64,000 nt of DNA from Myxococcota bacterium (GCA_965140415.1 OZ223209.1:2720001-2784000); one strand, 5' to 3'. Shown: positions 1 to 10,563, counted from the first letter of the stretch. Numbers and translations are program-made. Notes: generated by a model from the letters alone, not told the origin.

Positions 1-860
1 ACATAGCTTTTGTCTCGATACAGTTTGACTCGTCCCCATAGCTTACCTGTAATTGTTGCTGCTGGATCGGCGAAAGCCAGCACAACCACACTGACCTGAG
101 CAACCGATCGATCGAACAGAGTGCAAATCAACAATAGGGCTGTAACATAGTAACTCGCCGAATTGATGTGGTGTTTTTCAAAAGGTCGTGCAATTTTGCC
201 GAACACTTTTTCAACCAGGAAGGTGTTCCAGCGTTCGGAATAACGTCTGCTGATTTCCAGGGACACAACAACGGTCATCAAAATTCCGAGAATCCAAAGT
301 ACCTGTGTCCTGGTAAACAGGAATTGATAGACCAACACGCTACCTGCTCCCATGCAGACATGAAAAATGTTGCGTGGGTAATTGATCGGTTTCAGGTAGG
401 CGCTACGAGAAAGCTTTTCAACTTTGGAAAGACGCAGGTTCTTTAATGTGACTAGCAGATCTTCGTACCCATCCGCCATCGATTGATAAAGATCCTGTAA
501 TTTTTTTACATTCGGCTTTTCCGCTAATTCCTGGGCGTAAACGGTCAGGGATTCACGCAACTGTTCAACTGTTTGATCGAAGGAATCATGTGCTTCGCGA
601 GAGTAGGCTCTTAATGAATCAGCCAGTTCCCCCAAGGAATCGTTCAGTAATTCACGCTTTTCCGACAGCGTTTCTTCAAATACTTCCTGTATTTGCACCA
701 ATCGTAACGCAAGCTCTTCGCAAACGTCATGGATTGACTCTTTCCATGAGTGGTCAGACAGATCCGGTCGTTGAATGTTAGAAACAAACATACGCAAATC
801 GTCCATGAGCTCGTTCAATTGTTCATTCAATAGTTCTTCACGACTTGCAACATTTTGCAT
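1..860 (-). CDS. Dolichol/phytol kinase (CTP-dependent prenol kinase) family membrane protein with helical N-terminal extension; 3' end outside window
   Basis: Not in the ORF track because no stop lies in the window. Manual translation from ATG at 860: MQNVASREELL...YPRNIFHV...LEISRR...RPFEKHHINSASYY...LAFADPAATITGKLWGRVKLYRDKSY, matching the family's D-P-x-A-x-x-x-G-x-x-x-G...KS motif. Confidence 0.75.
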   Translation of the reverse strand, partial: MQNVASREELLNEQLNELMDDLRMFVSNIQRPDLSDHSWKESIHDVCEELALRLVQIQEVFEETLSEKRELLNDSLGELADSLRAYSREAHDSFDQTVEQLRESLTVYAQELAEKPNVKKLQDLYQSMADGYEDLLVTLKNLRLSKVEKLSRSAYLKPINYPRNIFHVCMGAGSVLVYQFLFTRTQVLWILGILMTVVVSLEISRRYSERWNTFLVEKVFGKIARPFEKHHINSASYYVTALLLICTLFDRSVAQVSVVVLAFADPAATITGKLWGRVKLYRDKSY

Positions 861-1158
861 GGATGAGTTTCCTTCGTAAAAGTGTGAGCGGTACGTGTTC
901 TTTTAGCAAGAGAGCCCATTTACATCGGGGCATTATCTAAAACAAAACATAAATTGTCAAGGTCAACAATTTGTGTTTTGTTAAAAGCAACTTGTTTCGG
1001 GGGTGGAAACACGGCAAAATTCATGTCATTTCCTCCGCGACGTAAATAAAAAAAAGTATAACGTTTTTAATCGACGTTCTTGACCGAAACATGCAAGTCC
1101 TGTATCATTACTCCAACTTTTTATTGAGGAAAGCAGGGATATCACGAAGGAGGCGAGA

Positions 1159-2064
1159 ATGAAGAAGTGCCCGAACTGTGAGGCCGGGAATCCTGATGAT
1201 GCAACTTTTTGCATGAGCTGTGGTTACGACCTTGTTCAGACGAGCGCAGAAATGGCTCCCCCGCCTGTGGACGAGCAGATCTGTTCCAATTGTGGCACCT
1301 CGAATCCTTCCGGTGCCTTGTTCTGCACGCAGTGCGGCAACAAGTTGGGAGATGCAAAAGAGAGTGAAGGCAGTGGAAAAACAATGTTTTTCGGTGCCAT
1401 GCAAGAGAAGGGGCGCGCAAAGCTGGTGCTTATCAAGGGCGGTGGATTTGAAGGCGTTTCCTATAATCTCAACAGCACGGACCATATGACGGGGCGCACC
1501 GAAGGTTTTATCCTTTTCCCTGAAGACGAGTATTGTTCACCTAAGCATGCCAATTTCTTCTACTTCGGCGGGAAATTCTTTGTAAGCGACGAGGCCAGCC
1601 TAAACGGTGTATACGTACGTATTAAATCACCGGTCGAATTGAAAGATGGGATGCGCTTCCGTGTTGGCGAGCAGGTTTTCCTTGCCAATATTGAAAAGGA
1701 GCTTCCGGCTTATAAGGATCGCAAGCTGGGGGATGACGGAACCAAGTTCTTGGGAAGTCCAACCGAATTCGAACCGGGCTTGAAGCTGACACAGTTGATG
1801 GAAGAGGGGCGTATTGGCGCCGTGATGTATCCTCGCAAGGAAATGCTGACGATTGGTCGCGATGGCTGTGACTTGAATTTTCCAAACGATGGATTCATTT
1901 CAGGCAAGCACGCTCGCATCACAAAATCCGGCGGCAAGTACTTTTTGGCCGACAACGGGTCCAAAAACGGTACTTTCTACAGAATTACCCAGGAGCAGGA
2001 ACTGTTCCACGGCGATTATGTTTTCATCGGTCAGCAATTGCTACGAGTGGAAATAACGCAGTAG
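1159..2064 (+). CDS. Double zinc-ribbon plus two FHA-domain protein
   Basis: Two CxxC...FCxxCG ribbons; FHA motifs GR...SPKHA...SLNGVY and IGR...ISGKHA...SKNGTF; RBS AAGGAGG. Confidence 0.9.
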   Translation: MKKCPNCEAGNPDDATFCMSCGYDLVQTSAEMAPPPVDEQICSNCGTSNPSGALFCTQCGNKLGDAKESEGSGKTMFFGAMQEKGRAKLVLIKGGGFEGVSYNLNSTDHMTGRTEGFILFPEDEYCSPKHANFFYFGGKFFVSDEASLNGVYVRIKSPVELKDGMRFRVGEQVFLANIEKELPAYKDRKLGDDGTKFLGSPTEFEPGLKLTQLMEEGRIGAVMYPRKEMLTIGRDGCDLNFPNDGFISGKHARITKSGGKYFLADNGSKNGTFYRITQEQELFHGDYVFIGQQLLRVEITQ

Positions 2065-2273
2065 AAGTTAAGTTCCAGATAAACGGAACTTTACTAGCGA
2101 GGGAACAAGGGAACCGCTTCTGGCTGTTCCCTTGTTTCGTATGAGAAGAAGGAAGCGGGACGTTGCTATTATGGTATTGATTAGTGGGAGTCTTCTTAGT
2201 CGTTTCCTTAAAAGTGACTGAGGTTAAATAAGAATCAAGAATTGAAGCTTCCCTAAAAAAAGAAAAAGAATTG

Positions 2274-2301
2274 TTGACAAGTTCTTTATAATCGGTAAAA
2301 T
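2274..2301 (+). promoter_or_regulatory. Putative sigma-70 promoter of tRNA-Ala
   Basis: TTGACA-16 bp-TAAAAT with an A-rich tract upstream, 55 bp before the tRNA. Confidence 0.6.
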
Positions 2302-2355
2302 CCATCTCGCTTCGTTGCAGAAATTGCAGCGGAAGAGATCTTTAAAAGTTGAATT

Positions 2356-2431
2356 GGGGCTATAGCTCAGCTGGGAGAGCGCTTGAATGGCATTCAAGAG
2401 GCCGGCGGTTCGATCCCGCCTAGCTCCACCA
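2356..2431 (+). tRNA. tRNA-Ala(GGC); probable integration site
   Basis: 76 nt: GGGGCTA...TAGCTCC acceptor stem, anticodon arm CTTGA-ATGGCAT-TCAAG, GGTTCGATCC T-arm, encoded CCA. Confidence 0.97.
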
Positions 2432-2439
2432 AGAAAATC

Positions 2440-2471
2440 AAGGACTTAGCGAATTCGCTAAGTCCTTTTTT
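2440..2471 (+). terminator. Intrinsic terminator between tRNA and convergent integrase
   Basis: AAGGACTTAGCG-AATT-CGCTAAGTCCTT followed by a T run. Confidence 0.8.
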
Positions 2472-2475
2472 CTTG

Positions 2476-3663
2476 TCAAATTGACGAATATTGACAAAGG
2501 TGCACGGAAAGCCGCGCCAACTCCGCAATCTCCTCGTTCTCGTGATTCAGGAATTTCCTTCCCAACTCTTCCAGTCTGGCTCGCTCGTGATCCATGCTGG
2601 CCAGGTTCATCTGGCGACTCAGATAGATCGAAGTCAGATGCGAGTACGTGTCCATCGTCGTGCGGACATTCGTGTGCCCGAGCACTGCCTGTGCTGCCGG
2701 AATGCCTCCTCGCATGACCAGATTGGACCCACAGACATGGCGTAGGCTGTGCATGTCGAGTTCGGGGACTCCTGCCCGCCGACACGCCGCCTGTAACCTC
2801 CGGTGCAGATCGGTCCGCAGCTTGGGATACAGGAACTCGGATACCGGACGCCCTTCCACGGCCGGTTCGAGATGGGGGATAGCCACGTCCGGAATGCTCA
2901 GCACCCGCGGTTGTCCATTCTTGGGGCCCTTGATGTACTCGCCGCCCTCTTTGCCGTAAATCCGGACACGCGCCCGGCGGATGTACAAGAGCTTCTTCTG
3001 AAGATCGATATCCTCGATCCGCAGCCCCATGACTTCCTCGCGGCGCAGACCGCAATAACCTGCCAACACCAGACCCGGCCGGGCGCTATCCGATGCCTGT
3101 GCAAAGACACGCTCCAGGTCCTGGCTGTCGAGGATTTCGACCACCTTCTTCTTCCTGCTGAAGGATTGCTTGAAAGGCGACTTCGATAGCCAGCCTGCCT
3201 GGACCGCCGCATTCAGGACGATGGATAGCAATACACCGACATGCTCGCGCATGGACGGGGCGTCAATCTGCTCCAACTCCGCTTCAATCCGCTCCCTTGT
3301 CATCTTCTGAAGCCGAGTCTCCCGGAGTTCCTGCCCGATACGCTTCCAGCAGTTGGTATACGTGGCGATGGTCGTTTTCTCCAAATTCGGGAAACGTTCC
3401 GTGCTCCAATGATCATACCACTGACCAAGTGTAGCATCCCGCTCCGTCGCCAACGGCAGTTCGGTGGCTTCCTTCCTGAGCAACAGCGCCTTTTCGTAGA
3501 CTTCCTCCAGCGCACTTTCATCCCCAAGCACCTTCCGAATGACCTTGCCCTCCCGCCGGTAATCGAACTGAATCGAGCCAGACTTCAAGACCCTCAACTT
3601 CCCAGGGTACAGTTTCGTGTTCATTTTGCGCAGACGTCCCTCTTGACGTTTGGATAACGCCAT
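2476..3663 (-). CDS. Tyrosine recombinase/integrase
   Basis: GLRREE (R), MHSLRH (HxxR), LGH and DTYSH (Y) catalytic motifs; adjacent to tRNA. Confidence 0.95.
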   Translation of the reverse strand: MALSKRQEGRLRKMNTKLYPGKLRVLKSGSIQFDYRREGKVIRKVLGDESALEEVYEKALLLRKEATELPLATERDATLGQWYDHWSTERFPNLEKTTIATYTNCWKRIGQELRETRLQKMTRERIEAELEQIDAPSMREHVGVLLSIVLNAAVQAGWLSKSPFKQSFSRKKKVVEILDSQDLERVFAQASDSARPGLVLAGYCGLRREEVMGLRIEDIDLQKKLLYIRRARVRIYGKEGGEYIKGPKNGQPRVLSIPDVAIPHLEPAVEGRPVSEFLYPKLRTDLHRRLQAACRRAGVPELDMHSLRHVCGSNLVMRGGIPAAQAVLGHTNVRTTMDTYSHLTSIYLSRQMNLASMDHERARLEELGRKFLNHENEEIAELARLSVHLCQYSSI

Positions 3664-3765
3664 TTTCTCCTCCTATGCTTTCGGTGATTATGGTGATCGC
3701 TGTAGCCCGGAACCCGGATAGGCTCCGGGCTACAGCGTTTAGGTTCTATTTCCCTTATGCCTCAA

Positions 3766-4005
3766 TCACAGCGGCTTTTGCGTCTGCTGCACCAGGTAGC
3801 GCACCAGGTCGTCCTTCCAGAGCAACTTTCGCGAGCCAATGGTGGTGATCTCCAGCCCCTTTGGCGGAGAATATAAGACCGACCGGGACACTGGGATGTT
3901 GGTCTCCCTGCCGATGCGGTCCAGGTCCTTCCGCGCCAAAAGGTCGGGAAAACGCTCCAATAGGGCGTGTACACGCTCTTCCAGATTGTCGTCCACCGAA
4001 CTCAT
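3766..4005 (-). CDS. Small excisionase-like winged-helix protein
   Basis: 79 aa upstream of and co-oriented with int; ...ITTIGSRKLLWKDDLVRYL wing pattern; GGGAG RBS before ATG 4005. Confidence 0.6.
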   Translation of the reverse strand: MSSVDDNLEERVHALLERFPDLLARKDLDRIGRETNIPVSRSVLYSPPKGLEITTIGSRKLLWKDDLVRYLVQQTQKPL

Positions 4006-4152
4006 GACAAACTCCCGGTTCGCAATAATTTGGCTAGGCAATTGCTCCTGATCCTACTTTCTGAGCAGAGACTCGATTTCACTGCTTCCATGTCATGCTC
4101 CTTTCATCTGCGATGTGAATAACCCACGCGACGTCGCTTGGAGCATAACTAC

Positions 4153-4168
4153 AGCAGCATTCGTGCCA
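4153..4168 (-). promoter_or_regulatory. Putative sigma-54 -24/-12 promoter for xis-int
   Basis: Minus strand TGGCAC-GAATG-CTGCT; TTGGAAAG repeats at 4239 and 4260. Confidence 0.65.
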
Positions 4169-4325
4169 TAACCGCAACTAGCCGGAATGACACATGTTGT
4201 GGCATTGTTACTAGGTCTGGGGATTGCAGAATTCACGATTGGAAAGAATTCAATGCCATTTGGAAAGGATAATATCGAGAAAAGGACATCGCCCTTAGCT
4301 GGAGAGTGCTATCTGCTTGTAATAG

Positions 4326-6104
4326 TTACTCAACTGACTGTTTTGAACTCTTCCATGTTGAGTATTTTGCTTCAGTTTCTCCAGCAATCTCTGCAACTCT
4401 TGCTCCGAAGCCAGCATTTGGAGCCCAACCTTCCTGTTCCGCAATCTGTTCGGCGATCATCCATAAATAGCGCTCTATCTCCTCTTTTTCGAGAGAGCTC
4501 AAATATGATTTTAATTTTTCTTCGATTTCCAGATTCTCAACATGTATGGTTTTATTATGAGTCTTATTGACAGCTCCCATAATTGTAGTCTCTAGCTTTC
4601 CTACATTCCCCGTCCAATCATTGAGAAGCAGAGCCAAGCGAGCTTCTTTTTCTATTCTATCTACGCCCGTATTAACCAAAAACGATTTGGCAAGAGGCAT
4701 AATATCCCCCTTGCGTTCTCTTAATGGTGGAATTTCAATCTTGCATTGAATTCGTCGCTTAAGATCGTGCAAAATCTTACCGTTTTGTACAAGTTCCTCA
4801 ATATCCAGGTTACAAGCCATAATTGCCAATACATCCGCTCGGTAAGGATCCAAACCAAGCGGCTCGACTTCCTCCCCATCCATGATCACTTTGAGATGTT
4901 CCTGAATTTCAATCGATGAGTTCTGGAGTTCGTCAATAAACAGCGTCCCTTTATCGGCCTGCTTCAGCTTGCCGATTTCTGCTTGGTCACCTCTGTTGGG
5001 ATAATCCTTTGCCCTTCCAAGTAATTCTCCTCTCAATAAATTTGCATCTCCCTTGTCACCTTTATCAGCAGCACGAAAGATTACAAATTTGTGCGACCTC
5101 CGGCTCGCGATTAGCTGATGGATCAATCTCGCGACGTAGGTTTTTCCCGTTCCTGTTTCTCCAAGCAGGAGCAGGTTTGTTGGAGGAACGCGAGCATCCA
5201 CAACACTAACAAATATCTCCTTGATAAATTCGTAGAACCCTGGACTGTTGCCTACCAACTCCTTTCCCCATTTGCTTTCAGAAATTCTTTTTTGATAGGC
5301 GGAGAGTTTTTTGGACCAATTCACGTCCGACGTGCATATTTGGTTGAAAATCCTTCCTCGAACGAATTCTGGTAGGGGGTCGGAATAATCTCGGATGACT
5401 GGGCCCAAACAGTTATGATAATACGTTAATATCTCTTCATCTTTATAATCGCAAAAAATCGTGTATCTACCCTTTACCCAATCAATCGCAATGTGATCCA
5501 CCCAGATTTTCCCTTGCTCCTGTTCTTGAGAACAGTATTCATGTTCAATGATAAAGTGATCGCCTTGATCATCATGAAAATAAGTGCTCCTGTCATAATA
5601 ACTGGGAAACGAGAACTTGTTGAGCAGCCTTATTAAGCTTCGAATTTGAAAAGGGGCTAGTTTTCTTTGAGTATCGCTTGAGAACTCTTGACTTTCAGCG
5701 TTGACCTCCGAATTCGCTTTCAACAGCTCTTCTGCTCGATCAAACGCTTCGGGACTGAAGGCGCTGGTCATGAGTGCGAGTTCAACAGGTTTCATATTGG
5801 GTATTTCTTGATAAAAGTGGATTCCACCTTTCTCGTTTATCGAGATCAATAAACATCTAAAACCTTCCGCATGGGCCAACGAGTCCACTCTGTCAAAAAG
5901 CAGACTCAGTGGTTCCGATATGGCTACGGGCAATTTTTCAATGGAAGACAGGATTTGATTTGAGCGCAATGGTTTGGGAAAATGCTCAGAAAGGTTCGGT
6001 AATTCAAGAGAGCTGGATGCTCGCCGGAAAAAGTCTTCCCAGTACTCTACATCAATGTCAGCTAGCCGTTCCCAACTGGCTTTTTGTGACTCCGGCATGA
6101 TCAA
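4326..6104 (-). CDS. Sigma-54-interaction (bEBP-type) AAA+ transcriptional regulator with degenerate GAFTGA loop
   Basis: LLLGETGTGKT Walker A, GTLFIDE Walker B, IEIPPLRERKGDI, WTGNVGKL, C-terminal HTH-like segment; AT-rich. Confidence 0.85.
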   Translation of the reverse strand: MIMPESQKASWERLADIDVEYWEDFFRRASSSLELPNLSEHFPKPLRSNQILSSIEKLPVAISEPLSLLFDRVDSLAHAEGFRCLLISINEKGGIHFYQEIPNMKPVELALMTSAFSPEAFDRAEELLKANSEVNAESQEFSSDTQRKLAPFQIRSLIRLLNKFSFPSYYDRSTYFHDDQGDHFIIEHEYCSQEQEQGKIWVDHIAIDWVKGRYTIFCDYKDEEILTYYHNCLGPVIRDYSDPLPEFVRGRIFNQICTSDVNWSKKLSAYQKRISESKWGKELVGNSPGFYEFIKEIFVSVVDARVPPTNLLLLGETGTGKTYVARLIHQLIASRRSHKFVIFRAADKGDKGDANLLRGELLGRAKDYPNRGDQAEIGKLKQADKGTLFIDELQNSSIEIQEHLKVIMDGEEVEPLGLDPYRADVLAIMACNLDIEELVQNGKILHDLKRRIQCKIEIPPLRERKGDIMPLAKSFLVNTGVDRIEKEARLALLLNDWTGNVGKLETTIMGAVNKTHNKTIHVENLEIEEKLKSYLSSLEKEEIERYLWMIAEQIAEQEGWAPNAGFGARVAEIAGETEAKYSTWKSSKQSVE

Positions 6105-6154
6105 CCCCTTTTCTGAATATAAAGATGCTTTATTTTATAAGAATATCCTTATGT

Positions 6155-6204
6155 TTGGAAAGAAAATAGCGTTACTTAGAAAGGATTTCAAGCGATTTGG
6201 AAAG
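6155..6204. promoter_or_regulatory. Three TT(G/A)GAAAG direct repeats at 21-bp spacing upstream of the AAA+ regulator
   Basis: Copies start at 6155, 6176 and 6197. Confidence 0.6.
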
Positions 6205-6310
6205 CATTTGTCCCAATCTAAATTGGGATTCTTTTAGGCCCCCCCCTAGGCTCGGCCGATCCGACAGCGGCTCAAAACCAGTCCGGAAAGATCCGCCGCG
6301 AATCCGTCCC

Positions 6311-7096
6311 TTACATCACGCCCAGCACCCAGCCTTCGATCGACTGCGCAATATGGTGCTCCGCATCCGTCAACTGCGGATGAAAGTACGCCTCTAGGCG
6401 ACCGGTACGGTCCATTTCGGATAGCCAGCGCGACACGGCATAGGCGTCGTGTTCGTGGGAATTGCGATCCTCTCGCGGATAGCGGCGGCTGAACATAGAT
6501 GGATAGATTTCCGCTATGACCGATTTGTTCTCCGGCGGCGTCCAACCATCAAAGGGCCAGAAATGGACCCGGTCGCCGATTTCCTTTCGGATGTGGGCCA
6601 ACCAGGGGATGCCCGCCCAGCTCGACTTTCCCACCGTGCCTGGACCGTCAAAGCGGAAAACGCTCTTGGCACTTGGTGTCCAAGTTTCCGTGATACACAG
6701 TTCGTCTGGAAAACCGCCCGGTGGCGGTGAGTCGTAAATCTCCCACAGCATGTCGACGTAAACGGCTTCATGAGCGGGCCACAGGCGGGGAAAGACTTCC
6801 AGCAACTGGTTCCAATCGCGCACGCCCTGGCGTTTGAACCAGGCAAGAGGCAAAGAGAAACAATGGTCGATACCAACGATGACGCGCTGCAAGTGTAGTT
6901 GTTCTATTAGCCACTCGGCAATGATCCGTCGGGACCATTTCTGAGGACCATGTGGTCGGGCGTCAGGAGTGGGGACGCGTCGGGGTTCCTCGCCTTGGGC
7001 GGATTGATAGACAGCCAGTCCCTTCAGGCGGCTTTCAGCCGTTTCTGCCCCGGAGTAGTCAATACCGATGTATGAGTCGTACATGGTTTCACCCAA
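6311..7096 (-). CDS. DUF429-like predicted RNase H-fold protein
   Basis: YIGIDYSGA, VGIDHCFSLP, AEIYPS, HEHDAY and terminal EGWVLG motifs. Confidence 0.6.
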   Translation of the reverse strand: MGETMYDSYIGIDYSGAETAESRLKGLAVYQSAQGEEPRRVPTPDARPHGPQKWSRRIIAEWLIEQLHLQRVIVGIDHCFSLPLAWFKRQGVRDWNQLLEVFPRLWPAHEAVYVDMLWEIYDSPPPGGFPDELCITETWTPSAKSVFRFDGPGTVGKSSWAGIPWLAHIRKEIGDRVHFWPFDGWTPPENKSVIAEIYPSMFSRRYPREDRNSHEHDAYAVSRWLSEMDRTGRLEAYFHPQLTDAEHHIAQSIEGWVLGVM

Positions 7097-7358
7097 ACTT
7101 TTTACGTTTCGGAGGTCGGACGCAAACGAAAATCATGCAAAGTACCTTACCGTTTGACGAACATGCGAAAAAACTCCTGAAAGGAAGAACAGTCATCCGT
7201 ATCCCGCATCGTCACCCATCCACCGAAGCGATATCGTCGCCAGCATTTGATCCCGTCAATGAACACGGGGTTGTCACCGCCATCGTATGACTGAATGACT
7301 AGTATGCTGGAGTTTTCATTGGCTTTCTTCATCGCTTCCTTCGCTTCCGGATACTGGC

Positions 7359-7861
7359 TGCAAGGCCTGCTGCTCGACGGCAACCATCGACCCTTCGCCG
7401 CTGTGGCGCACGATGGTCTTCCACCAGATCGGCAACGCCCGACCGTCTCTGGGCAGGGCGGCGCACAAGGTCTGATAGCGACCGTATTCGGTCCAATCGA
7501 GCAGGATGACGACCGGTGCATTGGGAGGAGCCAACTCGTTGGCGAGGGTCTGCTGGATGGATTCGATTTCCAGCCGCGCGTTGCGAAAGAAGCGCCAGAC
7601 GCGCTTAATGGCATGTTTGGCTGTAGTGCGGCTCTGCATCGCCCGTCCCAGGGCTAGCACGCCTGCTCCGGTCATGCACATGGCCGCCGCAACCACACTG
7701 GCCAAAGTTTTTTGACGTGATCGACGCATGGGCTTTACATGGCGCTCGATCCAGTAGAAAATGGCATGGGGACTCGTCATGGATCACCTCATTATGGAAA
7801 CTAGACACTTCCGATGTTACTCCATGGCAAGTCCCTTTCAAAATTACTGGGGATAGGTCAG
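7359..7861 (-). pseudogene. Truncated IS4-family (IS10-like) element: left end and transposase N-terminus
   Basis: Minus-strand end CTGACCTATCCCCAGTAATTTT resembles the IS10 IR; LGRAMQSRTTAKHAIKRVWRFFRN...LLDWTE...GRALPIWW, then breaks off. Confidence 0.8.
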
Positions 7862-8166
7862 ATCCGGTAACCACACCCCGATTATTCTATTGACAGCAAA
7901 TACAGACCTTTGTTATATTCCTCGGTAAATAATCAACAACGATCAAAAATCAAAGCAGTACTTTCAGGGGTCACTTTCATATTTGTCTCGGCAAACGGCG
8001 AGCCTGCACGCGATGTATCCCACATTAAGTGTGGAAGCGTGAATAATCCTGGCGGGTATGGTATTGAAATATACGAACGGAAATACTGAAAGTCGTTGCG
8101 AATAATAGGCTGATTGTGCCTTTTTAGGCTTCCGATACCTTTTCTCGAGCGCATGGGAGAAATAGA

Positions 8167-9324
8167 ATGAAGAAAAACACCGATCAATTGAAATTGAAAC
8201 GAATGAAAACAAAGGTTGTGCGCCCTTCAACTTTGTTGCTTGTTTTCGTCTTGAGCTTGTTGTTTCTAGCACCGGTTAACGCAAATGCCGGATTCGGCGA
8301 CATGTTGAGTTCGGGTGACTCAGAGAGCGACAATTCCGAATCCGACTCATCCGCTGATCCTCCGGCTGTAAACGAAAACAAGCCATCTGAAACAAGCCAG
8401 TCGGCTATTGGAAATGGCGAGGATGGCAATGAAAGCGTTTCTGCATTCAGCTTTCGCGGACAATCAGAGAGTGCATCATTGAATTTGGATAAAATGTACT
8501 CCGAGGAAGACTCGTATAAAAATTACACATCCAGTGAATTCGAACGATATCTCGGTGAAGATTTCGTATTGCCGCCAACTGAAAGACGAGCTGTGCGCCC
8601 CTTTACCACACCACATCTGACCAATGCTGAGATTAATCGTTTGGCGGAGGAAATAAGCATTTACAGCCGCAATTCCTTTCGGCGCCAGCATGACCGCGTG
8701 GATGAAATGTATTGCGTCTCCAAAAAGAATGGCTGGCTTACAGTGAAGCAATTAAACAGGCAGGTCAATATTGTAAACATGCTTTTTGGACGGTTTAATG
8801 ATTTCGTCAACCTGCTCGAAAAGCGCCCTTCAGATGATCGTATCAAGGAGCAGGTGATCTCGCTCGGTCTTGTTGTTCTGTACGAAGCCTATATCTATAA
8901 GCACATCATCGTTAAGTTGAGAACCGTGGCAGAATGCGACGTGAAAATGCTTCGGTATCAAATTGGTTTCATCGATGACATTATCCATGAAGTCGGCGAA
9001 TTGAGATTGAGGCGAATGATTGACAGCTTGGCGGATTCGTTGATTGTCATGAGTACACGAAAGGAAATGTTCGCCGTTCAACTTGCCATCCTTCTCGGCG
9101 AATCCAATCCGCCACAGTGCAATCTAAGCAATTCAATGTTTAAACCGGGTCAAATCGACACAAATGTTGTTGAGATGTTGAACTGGTGCGGATTTGACGC
9201 CCGTTTGAATGGCAGACATTCGGAAGCTGAAAACTATTTCAACATGGCAAAGATCAATCTCGGAAACCCGAGGGCTAGTTGGTACGCTTCGGATAACCTT
9301 CGAAAAATGCGCTATTCCAAGTAG
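8167..9324 (+). CDS. Secreted hypothetical protein with acidic Ser-rich linker and possible C-terminal TPR-like helix pair
   Basis: 385-aa ORF, signal peptide ending ANA. Confidence 0.7.
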   Translation: MKKNTDQLKLKRMKTKVVRPSTLLLVFVLSLLFLAPVNANAGFGDMLSSGDSESDNSESDSSADPPAVNENKPSETSQSAIGNGEDGNESVSAFSFRGQSESASLNLDKMYSEEDSYKNYTSSEFERYLGEDFVLPPTERRAVRPFTTPHLTNAEINRLAEEISIYSRNSFRRQHDRVDEMYCVSKKNGWLTVKQLNRQVNIVNMLFGRFNDFVNLLEKRPSDDRIKEQVISLGLVVLYEAYIYKHIIVKLRTVAECDVKMLRYQIGFIDDIIHEVGELRLRRMIDSLADSLIVMSTRKEMFAVQLAILLGESNPPQCNLSNSMFKPGQIDTNVVEMLNWCGFDARLNGRHSEAENYFNMAKINLGNPRASWYASDNLRKMRYSK

Positions 9325-9347
9325 ACAAAGTCGAATGGATATGCGAT

Positions 9348-10439
9348 TTGAAAAGCCTTGCTACTGCTAGAATACGGAGAAAACAAATGAGTACAAAATT
9401 GCTGCTTAACAGTTTGGTCCCACTGGCGATGATCGCCTGTATTTCGCTGATCATGTCTTGCTCGCCAAGCAGAATTTCCTACCCGGATATGCCTCCGCTT
9501 TCCAAAGTCGATACAAAGGGAGAGCGGATTGACCCAAGATCACAGCGTTATAAAATCGCCGTTTTGACTTTTGTCGATCAAACGGGAAAAGCAAGTCTCG
9601 TTACGGATGCTGCAGCGGACATCCTGACGACTGAATTGTTCCATACACAACGCTTCGACATTTTCGATCGAGCGGATTTAACCTTGGATCGTCCCGATTT
9701 TTACGAATTTGAAAACTGGTCGGCCATGCTTGCAGAAGAAGAAGCCATCTATCATAAAGACAAAACATCCAAAAAAAGCCGCTCGAAAAGCAAGAACAAC
9801 AAGAAAAAGAAAGAATCCAAGACCCGTAAATATACACGTGAATCAGGAATGGTTCAAAAAGAGCTCGATGCTTTCATCCCTGAAAGCAAAACACGACAGC
9901 AGTACCGCTCCGTAGTAAACAGAGTGGATGGCATTCTTCTGGCTTACATTACGGCTTATGAAGTTGATCAAAAGGGCAACGGTTATTTCGAATTCGATTA
10001 TCGCATCGTCAATGGGACTGTTGTGGCACCATGGCGCTATGAACTACGCAATCTTGTGGTTTTCAGCAATCACGGCAAAGTGCGTTTTACAACGGATAAA
10101 TCTAAATCCGTGCTTACACTGGATCGGAGAGATGTTAAAGATATTTCCGAAGATATCAAGATTGGCTTCACCGGTCGATTCGGCAAACTCAATCTCAACG
10201 ATAGCATTCGTGTTACCAGCATTGAAGGACGCAAGCTGACGATCAATTCGGGGGAAAGCGACAACATGAAACGCGGCTTTGTTGGTTTTATTGTATTACC
10301 GACTAAATTCCGCACTTACGACTATCTGGCTCGTTTCGTAATCGTCCAGGTTTTCGATCGTGCTTCAGTCGGCTACGTTCTCGATGGCGATGACACGCTA
10401 CTGAATATAGAAGTGGGGTCTATAGCCAGAATAAAGTAG
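9348..10439 (+). CDS. CsgG/TolB-N-like lipoprotein (probable start 9387)
   Basis: Lipobox-like IMSC; KIAVLTFVD...DILTTELFHTQRFDIFDR; C-terminal beta domain INSGESDNMKRG. Confidence 0.65.
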   Translation: MKSLATARIRRKQMSTKLLLNSLVPLAMIACISLIMSCSPSRISYPDMPPLSKVDTKGERIDPRSQRYKIAVLTFVDQTGKASLVTDAAADILTTELFHTQRFDIFDRADLTLDRPDFYEFENWSAMLAEEEAIYHKDKTSKKSRSKSKNNKKKKESKTRKYTRESGMVQKELDAFIPESKTRQQYRSVVNRVDGILLAYITAYEVDQKGNGYFEFDYRIVNGTVVAPWRYELRNLVVFSNHGKVRFTTDKSKSVLTLDRRDVKDISEDIKIGFTGRFGKLNLNDSIRVTSIEGRKLTINSGESDNMKRGFVGFIVLPTKFRTYDYLARFVIVQVFDRASVGYVLDGDDTLLNIEVGSIARIK

Positions 10440-10493
10440 CCGACGTTCTGAAAAGAACGGGGCGTTTGTAAACTTGAACCCCATTTAAAATTA

Positions 10494-10526
10494 AATCCCA
10501 TTCCACTTGATTGGTGGAATGGGATT
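10494..10526. terminator. Hairpin between convergent genes
   Basis: AATCCCATTCCAC-7 nt-GTGGAATGGGATT. Confidence 0.65.
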
Positions 10527-10563
10527 ATTTTATCGAATGATCTGAGGCAAATATTGTGAATTG

